Source of the DNA: Eledone cirrhosa
Lineage: Eukaryota
Direction of reading: 5' to 3'
Length of the DNA stretch: 64,000 nucleotides
Assembly (NCBI GenBank): GCA_964016885.1
Contig: OZ024741.1
Location: 37,758,001 to 37,822,000 of the forward strand
This document shows, one piece after another, positions 54,376 to 64,000 of the stretch (positions within the stretch are counted from its first letter, which is position 1; each line of letters starts with the position of its first letter). Both the position numbers and the translations under genes were made by a program. A model generated the notes under the pieces. It saw nothing but the letters and a program-made list of their open reading frames with translations, was not told where the DNA came from and did no database searches.

Positions 54376-55372
54376 GCGCGCGCCCAATGGCTGTGCAATC
54401 TCTTCCTTCTGTAACACTACAGATTGACCGAAGTAGAAAAAATAACTGAATCAAATGAACGTACACTCGATGAGGAATATCTCCATGACATTAAATTATT
54501 CATATTACTCATGAAAACATTCGATAGCGTAATTATATACTTGAGGTGAAACACGTTTTACGATAACGAAAATATTTCAAACTGGTGTATTTATTAGAAT
54601 CGAGAAAATGTCTTCATGTAACAAAACTACAAATGGATTTGAAGACGGTATACTAAACATAATTAAAAGAACAAAATTGTAACAGAACCTGCAAGAGTAT
54701 ATATACACAATAAACTTCTCCAGTTGTTATTTGATGATAAAACTAACCATTTATAGTAGCTGAATAAAAACCTTTATATCTAACTACACAACAACGTAAA
54801 AACTTAGAAATTTACCGCCCCTCAAATAGTAACCAAACTCCGTATACACCACAGAAAAACATATACTTTATTCTCAAATACCATAAGGTCAATATTTACA
54901 ACCCCTGAAATGTAGGCGAGATAACACTGTAAAAATCAATCTAACGATAAATACTAGGCTTAATCTTCAAAACTAATAGTAAACTAGAAGAGATGCGCAA
55001 CAGTACTAACGTACGACTGTTTAAGGAACATAGTCTATTGTTTTACAAGAGGTAGAGGGATCCAGCCGCATCAGTTGGAGACAGTTGCTTCTGGAATAAG
55101 TGGGCGAGGAAGAAGAAAAAGAAGGGAAAGATAGAAGAAAGTGAACACTGGCTGTAATGAAACAAAACGCACAAAATTAATTGAGAAAAAACACGTTTAT
55201 TTAGGTCTCCATGTCTTGGAAAACAGTTAAATCCAGTGTTGGTATATAAGAAGTTCAGGTGGTCGTGTTCTGAACCAAATGTCTTGCACAAGAAAAGATA
55301 AACGAACGTCAGCTATCTCCCTCACCAGTCCTTGTAATAGAACTGACTGATTTCATAGTGTTATATATATGC

Positions 55373-55418
<46 letters not shown>

Positions 55419-55907
55419 TGTGTTTTCCCCTCCAAATATTCGCTTATATTTCCTTATATATTCTCTATATATTTTTTATCTTTATTATTATTTCCACTTT
55501 TATCCTCCTTTATATTTTACCTTATTCTTACCTTTATACCTTATTATAGTGTAATCTTCCCCATGCCTTATTATACACTATTAATTATAGATTATTATTA
55601 TTACTCTTTTTCCATTTCTAATTACCTCATGTACCTTCTCCTCCGCTATATGTATATATGTATTCTACGCCCTTTGTGTTTGTGTAGCCTCTGCGCACCC
55701 TCTGCACCATACTATCCACGCCACCCCATCTATGGTTCAGCTAACCACCCGACCCCCGATGACCGCAGCTACTAAACAAGGACCAACACCCCACCCTCCC
55801 GCACCCAAATTAGACTTATCGCCCCCTACTTTTGCTCTTTACTCTCTTTACTCTTTGTTCTTGGGTGTTTGGTTGGTAGAGTCCATAACACCAATCAAAC
55901 CCCCTTT

Positions 55908-55963
55908 TATAGCTCTGATGAATCCTACGGTTACACGTAAGGAAGAAACATTGTTAGCCAATA
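55908..55963 (+). ncRNA. Degenerate hammerhead motif at the end of a pyrimidine-rich PLE-like UTR (~55395-56003) abutting (TA)n
   Basis: tatagct-CTGATGA-atcctacg gttaca cgtaaggaa-GAAAC-ATT-GTT-agccaata. Confidence 0.55.
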
Positions 55964-56033
55964 AAAATCTTTTGATGTTGTAGACGCTCTTGTGTTCTTT
56001 TTCATATATATATATATATATATACATACATAT

Positions 56034-56551
56034 GTAGGAGGTGAGTTTTATTGTAGTACAATAAAGCAATGCAGATATCGGATAAGAAGCACTCTACAGT
56101 TTGTAGGACTGGAGTATACATAATATATAAGATCAAAAGATGGTTAAATGAGTTCCATGTATTTTATTATGCGCATTTCAAAAACAAATAATATCATCAT
56201 GCAATAACATTTGTGTTTTCATCAGATAAAATAGGAGGACATGATATGAAGGTTAAAAAACACTTGTGGATAGTGCAGTTTTAAATCAACATATGTTGAT
56301 TTAAAACTGCACTATCCACAAGTGTTTTTTAACCTTCATATCATGTCCTCCTATTTTATCTGATGAAAACACAAATGTTATTGCATGATGATATTATTTG
56401 TTTTTGAAATGCGCATAATAAAATACATGGAACTCATTTAACCATCTTTTGATCTTATATATTATGTATACTCCAGTCCTACAAACTGTAGAGTGCTTCT
56501 TATCCGATATCTGCATTGCTTTATTGTACTACAATAAAACTCACCTCCTAC
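56034..56551. mobile_element. 518-bp perfect spacerless palindrome of the PLE 3' end seen at 30897-33031
   Basis: Axis 56292/56293 in caacat|atgttg; no mismatch seen; symmetry continues into atacatacatat/(TA)n flanks. Confidence 0.9.
56352..56425 (+). ncRNA. Type I hammerhead ribozyme motif (mirror copy on - strand at 56160-56233)
   Basis: tattttat-CTGATGA, stem II, GAAA-TGCGCA-TA, then ataaaata; 8-bp perfect stem I. Confidence 0.8.
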
Positions 56552-56556
56552 ATATG

Positions 56557-56633
<77 letters not shown>

Positions 56634-56783
56634 ACGTATATATATATATGTAAATGTATATATATGTATATATATATATATGTACATATATGTATATATC
56701 TATGTATATATATATATGTATGTATATATATATATATATCTTTGTGTGTGTGCCTGTCTTTCTCTCTCACCCTTCTCTCTCTC

Positions 56784-56887
<104 letters not shown>

Positions 56888-57171
56888 CATACGTACATAT
56901 ACGTATATTTACGAATATGTAACGAGAAACTATATATATATTGCACACACACTCACTCACATAGTAGAGAAAGTGGCTGAATGAATGAGGTAGTATATAT
57001 GTGTGTTTGTGTGTGTGTTTGTGTTTGTGTGTGTTTGTGTGTGTATATGTGTGTGTTTGTGTGTGTTTGTGTGTGTGTGTGTGTGTGTTTGTGTGAACTG
57101 CAACGGACCGTAAAATTGGTCTAGACTCAATACAGTTATCATATAACACTATGATATGTAGTAAGAAACGG

Positions 57172-58676
57172 TGGTTGTTGCTGTTGTTATTGTTATTACT
57201 GTTATTGTTGTTACTGTTGTCGTTGTTACTGCTGTTGTTATTACTATTGTTGTTGTCCTTGTTGTTGTTATTATTACTGTTTATGTTGTTTTTGTTGTTA
57301 TTTCTGTTGTTGTCCTTGTTGTTGTTATTACTGTTATTGTTGTCATTACTGTTGTTGTTGTCCTTGTTGTTACTGTTATTGTTGTTATTACTGTTGTTGT
57401 TGTTATTACTGTTGTTGTTGTTATTACTGTTGTTGTTGTCCTTGTTGTTGTTGTTATTACGGTTGTTGTTGTCCTTGTTGTTGTTATTACTGTTGTTGTT
57501 GTTACTGTTGTTGTTGTCTTGTTGTTGTTGTTACTGTTGTTGTTGTTGTTGTCCTTGTTGTTGTTATTACTGTTATTGTTGTCATTACTGTTGTTGTTGT
57601 CCTTGTTGTTGTTGTTACTGTTGTTGTTGTTGTTGTTATTACTGTTGTTGTTGTCCTTGCTGTTGTTGTTATTACTGTTGTTGTTGTCCTTGTTGTTGTT
57701 GTTGTTATTACTGTTGTTGTTGTTGTTATTACTGTTGTTGTTATCTTGTTGTTGTTGTTATTACTGTTATCGTTGTCTTTGTTGTTGTTATTACTGTTGT
57801 TGTTGTTGTTATTACTGTTGTTGTTGTCCTTGTTGTTGTTATTACTGTTGTTGTTGTCCTTGTTGTTGTTGTTATTACTGTTATTGTTGTCTTTGTTGTT
57901 GTTATTACTGTTGTTGGTGTCCTTGTTGTTGTTGTTATTACTGTTATTGTTGTCCTTGTTGTTGTTATTACTGTTGTTGTTGTCCTTGTTGTTGTTATTA
58001 CTGCTATTGTTGTCCTTGTTGTTGTTATTACTGTTGTTGTTGTCCTTGTTGTTGTTGTTATTACTGTTATTGTTGTCCTTGTTGTTGTTATTACTGTTGT
58101 TGTTGTCCTTGTTGTTGTTATTACTGTTGTTGTCCTTGTTGTTGTTGTTATTACTGTTATTGTTGTCCTTGTTGTTATTATTACTGTTGTTGTTGTTGTT
58201 GTTATTACTGTTGTTGTTGTCCTTGTTGTTGTTATTACTGTTGTTGTTGTTGTTATTATTACTGTTGTTGTTGTCCTTGTTGTTGTTATTACTGTTGTTG
58301 TTGTCCTTGTTGTTGTTATTACTGTTGTTGTTGTCCTTGTTGTTGTTGTTATTACTGTTATTGTTGTTATTACTGTTGTTGTTGTTGTTGTTATTACTGT
58401 TGTTGTTGTCCTTGTTGTTGTTGTTATTACTGTTATTGTTGTCCTTGTTGTTGTTATTACTGTTGTTGTTATTACTGTTATTGTTGTTATTACTGTTGTT
58501 GTTGTTGTTATTACTGTTATTGTTGTTATTACTGTTATTGTTGTCCTTGTTGTTGTTGTTTTTACTGTTATTGTTGTTATTACTGTTGTTGTTATTACTG
58601 TTGTTGTCGTTGTTGTTGTTGTTGTTATTACTGTTGTTGTTGTTATTACTGTTGTTGTTGTCCTTGTTGTTATTAC

Positions 58677-58707
<31 letters not shown>

Positions 58708-58763
58708 ATTACTGTTGTTGTCGTCGTTGTTGTTGTTGTTATTACTGTTGTTGTTGTTATTAC

Positions 58764-58797
<34 letters not shown>

Positions 58798-58895
58798 GTT
58801 GTTATTACTGTTGTTGTTGTCCTTGTTGTTGTTGTTATTACTGTTGTTGTTGTCCTTGTTGTTGTTGTTATTACTGTTGTTTTTGTTGTCGTTGA
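57172..58895. repeat. (GTT)n-based cryptic minisatellite
   Basis: Variable units gttgttgttattact / gttgttgtcctt; source of the poly-L/V/C ORFs. Confidence 0.97.
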
Positions 58896-59354
58896 TATAA
58901 CTGTTAGTTTGTTATTAAATTTGATGTTATGTCTCTCTGCATTTCTAGGAATCTGATCGTTATTTTGACAAGGTCGTTATTTAATCCCTTCTCCTCCCTT
59001 TAATGTGCCATTTCTTCTTCATCTGGCCACACAGACCAACTCTTCAACTGCACTGTTTTCCGAAATGAAAACATTAAATTGATGGAATACACACAGAGAA
59101 CAATAGGAAAATACTAAACCGAGATATGTGATAGATGAACTCCATCGCAAAAAATAGAAGAATTCCATCACAAAAAAAAAACTCACTGGCTGACACCTCG
59201 TGAAGACTACCCCCGCCCACCTCCACTAGAAGTCTATATATATATAAAAGATCTGGCGTGAAGGAAGATAGAGCAAATGCTAGATTAAACGAGTATCGGA
59301 AGTTAAGGATTTGAAATTATTAGGCATCAAAAAGTGTATTATTATCATAAATAG

Positions 59355-59603
59355 AGCAGTGGATTGGCAGTATCGGTAGAACATCGGACACCATGTTTCG
59401 TGGCAGAGAGTTACGGCCCTTTACGTTCTGAGTTCAAATCCCGCCGAGGTTAACTTTGCCTTTCATCCTTACGGGGTCGATAAAATAAAGTACCAGTAAT
59501 GCACTGTGTAATTGCTGGCCGGGGTCGATAAAATAAAGCAGCACTGGGGTCGATTGCAGGCTGTGTGCCTTCAAATTGCAGGCTTTGTGCCTAAAGTTGA
59601 AAC
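59355..59603 (+). mobile_element. Meta-domain SINE with internal duplication
   Basis: Full head with B-box gagttcaaatcccgccgagg; ggggtcgataaaataaag occurs twice. Confidence 0.88.
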
Positions 59604-60039
59604 AATTATTCTAAATTGTATGATTGTTTGTAATAGATAAGTATTGATCCATTCTGCTACATAGAAGGATATAGGATTGAAAGTAGCAAAAAGTGAGTTG
59701 TTAGACAGATTAGTGAGATCAAGTATGACTATTAGTATGCTACGATGGAAGATGCACAGAGAATGTGTGGTTGTTTCTTGTAATCAGCTGGTGGTATGAT
59801 CTTCCAATGTGTTAGGATGTATTTTTCAAAGTGATGACATTTAGCAAATATTTCTCACTTAGCATTTTGATAGTTTGCAGATTTATTAAGTTTTATGAGG
59901 ATAAGAAGCTTTTCCGCTATACATATTCCACCACGTTTTGTTCTATTTCGGTATAAACTACATCTTATAAGGATCTGCGATTTGAAGTTGAATACAGTAG
60001 CACGTTCTGTCTATCGTCAGATGTACGTACATATGTTTG

Positions 60040-60451
60040 TATGTATGAATATGTATGTGTATTTATTTATGCTTGTGTATGTATGTATATATATGTGTGT
60101 ATATATATATATGTGTATCTATATATGTGTATCTATATATGTGTGTATATATAAGTGTGTATATAAATGTGTATATATATATATGTGTATATATATATAT
60201 ATGTGTGTATATATATATATGTATATATATATATGTGTATATATATATATGTATATATGTATATATATATGTATATATATATGTACATATATATCTGCAT
60301 ATATATTTGCATATATATATGTGTATCTATATATGTGTATCTATATATGTGTGTATATATAAGTGTGTATATATATATATGTGTATATATATATATGTGT
60401 ATATATATATATGTGTGTATATATATATATGTGTATATATATATATGTGTG

Positions 60452-60482
<31 letters not shown>

Positions 60483-60655
60483 GTATATATATATGTGTGT
60501 ATATACATATATATGTATATATGTATATATATATGTATATATATATGTACATATATATTTGCATATATAATGCTAATATATATTTATATATATTTATATA
60601 TGATGTATGTATGTATACATGCATATATAAATATATGTGTGTGTGTGTATTTATG

Positions 60656-60697
<42 letters not shown>
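60040..60697. repeat. Degenerate (TA)n/(TG)n microsatellite
   Basis: Direct reading. Confidence 0.95.
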
Positions 60698-60699
<2 letters not shown>

Positions 60700-60934
60700 T
60701 TGCCATAAAACCCGAGAGATTTACATGTGCCCATAGATGTGTTCAAGAAGGATCTCGAAATTCTGCCAGCAAAGATCCAAGATGAACTCACAGCACATAT
60801 ATATAGCACAATGACATGTACTAATCCAAGTTTATTTGGTAGTACTAGCTGGAGTATGTATATATGGTACCATAACTCCTGATAGAGTCGTAGGGGTGCC
60901 GTATTGACATACAGCGTCTCTTGTCATTTTAAGC

Positions 60935-61175
60935 CTGATGGAGCCTATCCCACTCCAGGCTGGAGTACAGCGGATTTCTTCCAGAGAAAGATAGAAAGTG
61001 AGAGAGGAAGAATTGAAAAAAAAAAAAGTACCAGTCTAGTACTGGTACTGTTTTTTTAATAGACCTTGAAAGGATGAAAGGCAAAGTTTGCCTCGGCGGG
61101 ATTTGAACTCAGAAAACAGAGAGTCGGAACGAATGCCCCATAACGCATTCTATCCGAACGTTCTAACGACTCAAC
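60935..61175 (-). mobile_element. Meta-domain SINE with a distinct 3' tail (also at ~19968-20195)
   Basis: gcctatccc.ctccagg.tgga.tacagc..atttcttcc.gaga followed by a reverse Meta core in both places. Confidence 0.7.
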
Positions 61176-61526
61176 CAGCCGGAGTATACCGAACAGTAGA
61201 CATAGAGAAAGCTATATAAAGTTGTGAATAAATTTACTCTGTTATTATACATATATCGCTGGGGTCGAGAATTAGGTGATGCCGGCTCCTTTAATGGTAA
61301 CAGGCTCTATGCCGGCCCCCTTGTATTGAAACATTTAGAAATTCCTTGTTTACCTCTTTTATTGCTATCTGATCCACTCGCTTCGTTGGATACATGGAAA
61401 TCACACCACGTAATCCTCGACCACACCGAAATATTTATAATAGCTAACTAAATGTAAGGGCTTCGCTATATTTATTGTTATATATAAATATAAACACACA
61501 CACACACATATATGAACGAAAATGTC

Positions 61527-62093
61527 ATTTTCATTTTCGAACGTCGTGTTTACATTTTGTGTGTGTGTTTAGATCTAAATGAGTGTCGTTTTAACTGATT
61601 ATATATATATGTATATGTGTGTGTGTGTGTGTAGTTGACGGTTGAGAGAAGAGTACTCAATACCGAAGTAATCTTGTAATGAGGCTTGCAGAAGTCCCAA
61701 ATCGAAGCTCTGACACTCTCGTGCCCATCATTCAGCAGGGATTTTGCCAGGCAGCCGCATCATCTCCGATGGTTGGGCTTCCTATTTGGAAATTGAAGGT
61801 GGGATTTACGTTCATGATGTTGTGGTGCACGAATGGAACTTTGTAGATCCTGCGGACCTTGATGTGCACACACAGCTCATAAAGAACACATGGAGCCGTG
61901 CAAAGAAGAAGCTTCGTCGCCAGCATGTGCAAGACTCATTACAAGATTACTTCGGTATTGAGTACTCTTCTCTCAACCGTCAACTACACACACACACACA
62001 CATATATACATATATATATAATCAGTTAAAACGACACTCATTTAGATCTAAACACACACACAAAATGTAAACACGACGTTCGAAAATGAAAAT
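61527..62093. repeat. Inverted repeat with ~165-bp arms (61527-61690 and 61928-62093)
   Basis: Arms are near-perfect reverse complements, including internal microsatellites. Confidence 0.93.
61691..61927 (+). pseudogene. Merlin / IS1016 (IS1595-family) DDE transposase fragment
   Basis: EVPNRSSDTLVPIIQQ/frameshift/ILPGSRIISDGWASY..HDVVVHEWNFVDP..VHTQLIKNTWSRAK matches Merlin motifs LPG..I.SD.W..Y, H..NFVDP and HTQ.IE..W. Confidence 0.85.
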
Positions 62094-62131
62094 AAATATT
62101 CTTTCACTTTCCCGAACGCCCGTCTTAACGT

Positions 62132-62381
<250 letters not shown>

Positions 62382-62659
62382 AGTGTATGCGTGTGTATCG
62401 TCTGAATGATCGCCTGCAAGTTACGGAGCTGGGAAGTCACGTAGACATATTCTTACCGCTTACGAATGGACTGCTGAATCAAGAAGTTGTACAATAGAAA
62501 CATTATATATCTCCACTTGTCAGTCGGGTTACAATGGCTATTTTGTCTAAATGCCGTGTTTTTGTCGTCATCAACGTAGTTACTTCGACCTCTTCGTCTC
62601 CTCTCTTAAACTCTCTTTTATCGCCCCCACACCCTCATATATAAATATATATTTACTCT

Positions 62660-62724
<65 letters not shown>

Positions 62725-62995
62725 TCGGATCTATCTATCTATCTATCTATCTATTTATCTATTATAATCTAGCTGTCGTCTGTTCTACAGTGTGGATGTC
62801 ATTCACTTCGCACAGAAGTTTTGTTCAAATTTATTGAGGAAATTTTGTGAGTTCAAACTTAATTTTGATACAATTGTGTAGCTTGACCCTCCGTCTGAAC
62901 TGTCAGGCGGTGGGTCAGCTCATCTTTACCCCTCCTAGAGGTGAAAAACCTGTTTTAAAAAATTTTGTGTAAAAAATTTCAATCGTCTAACAGAA

Positions 62996-64000
62996 ATGTT
63001 AAACGCAGCGAACGAAAATAGTGGTGGGGGGACAGCGGTAAGAGTTGTAAGCTCGCACGCTTTAGTCCTCCCTTCCTTCCCAACTAACGTCATAGAGAAG
63101 GAAGGAAAAATGAAAATAAAAACGGACGAATCTGCGGAGAAAAAATTAAATGACGAAAACAACGAAAAAAAAAAATTTGAAAAATTGCATGACAATACTA
63201 ATAACACAAACAAAGACACAACAAACAAAAAAATAACAGTTGAAAATAACATCATATCAGAAAACAAAGCAGACGACAAGATTTCATTTGCACAGAAAAC
63301 AAAGAAATCTTTGACTTATATAGCGGAAAACATTTCAGATGTGGTACGAAGGATCACGGACGCAAAACAATACATAAGTGAAGGTGAGAATGGTATTTTA
63401 TTGGTAAAAATGCCTCAAGAATTCACGAAAGACATTGAAAGCCGAACGGTCAAGTTTCGGACCATCAACAACAGTACAAAAAAACCTGAACAGCCTTCTC
63501 AAGCAGATATCAAAACAGTACTCGCAGAAGTACTGAATGAAACAACTTTCATAAGAAAAGACAGACTGTATGGAAGCCTAGCAATTATCATGAAGAACGA
63601 ATCGGCGGCAAAAAAATGTGCTTTGTCACCGATTCGTTCGAAAAATTTCACCTTTTATCCATCTTATATGGGAAAAAAAACTCAACGCATATGGCTGGAT
63701 GCAATGATGCCAGATGTGGACTACTGCTGGCTCATAGCTGGCTTCATCGATCCAGTGAATGACAACGTGATTTCCATTGGGAAAACCACAGGCAATGCGT
63801 TCAGTGGAACAGGTATAGAGCTGGTAGTACAAATGAAGCCTGAACGCATCGCCCAAATACCCGACAGAATCCTATTAGAGGACCACGGGTATATAAACAT
63901 TAGCGTGGAGGGGAGAAGGCCGTCCTGCCATATCTGTGCAGGCAGAGGGCACCTCAAGGCCGCTTGTCCCCAACTCAACAAAAAGAAAACCCTGCTACCA
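62996..64000 (+). CDS. Gag-like ORF1 with CCHC zinc knuckle of a non-LTR retrotransposon (L1/Tx1-like), 3'-incomplete
   Basis: ATG at 62996; 335 codons with no stop to the window end (MLNAANENS...VEGRRPSCHICAGRGHLKAACPQ...); CX2CX4HX4C knuckle. Absent from the ORF track because it has no stop in the window. Confidence 0.8.
   Translation, partial: MLNAANENSGGGTAVRVVSSHALVLPSFPTNVIEKEGKMKIKTDESAEKKLNDENNEKKKFEKLHDNTNNTNKDTTNKKITVENNIISENKADDKISFAQKTKKSLTYIAENISDVVRRITDAKQYISEGENGILLVKMPQEFTKDIESRTVKFRTINNSTKKPEQPSQADIKTVLAEVLNETTFIRKDRLYGSLAIIMKNESAAKKCALSPIRSKNFTFYPSYMGKKTQRIWLDAMMPDVDYCWLIAGFIDPVNDNVISIGKTTGNAFSGTGIELVVQMKPERIAQIPDRILLEDHGYINISVEGRRPSCHICAGRGHLKAACPQLNKKKTLLP

Noticed and set aside
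54465-54560. Further hammerhead candidates (cgatgagg..gaaacacgtt here; also ~47795-47935 and 35255-35320)
   Set aside because: Core boxes are mutated and stems I and II could not be paired convincingly.
57151-58956. 601-, 574- and 384-aa poly-L/V/C ORFs
   Set aside because: All three frames are open only because the (GTT)n-based repeat lacks stop codons.
61527-62093. Complete Merlin transposon with long TIRs
   Set aside because: Only an internal 237-bp transposase piece is present, the arms contain unrelated microsatellite and retroelement tail sequence, and no TSD was found.
62935-63981. Minus-strand ORFs 62935-63279, 63626-63856 and 63721-63981
   Set aside because: They are antisense shadows of the longer plus-strand CCHC ORF starting at 62996.

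Overview
AT-rich, repeat-dominated eukaryotic DNA, most likely from an octopod cephalopod. That assignment is inferred from the recognisable tRNA-headed Meta-domain SINEs, the ttaaccc MITEs and the very long (TA)n tracts. Nearly all ORFs in the supplied track are microsatellite artefacts. The window has two domains. Positions ~1-22 kb are CpG-poor and intron/UTR-like, with decayed SINEs and MITEs and a few candidate short + strand exons. Positions ~22-64 kb retain CpG and are packed with mobile elements: CRE-, RTE- and R4-like LINE fragments, a short internally deleted RTE derivative, two hAT MITEs with 8-bp TSDs, a head-to-tail non-autonomous Helitron dimer, a Merlin transposase fragment, minisatellites, and an open CCHC-knuckle ORF1 running off the right end that the ORF track missed. 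The most striking signal is a recurring set of (TA)n-anchored fold-back (palindromic) elements. They come from several unrelated Penelope-like element (PLE) 3' ends and carry type I hammerhead-ribozyme motifs with palindromic stem III, and their symmetry axes often lie on short self-complementary seeds at or just upstream of the ribozyme core. All alignments and folds were done by eye; no database searches were run.
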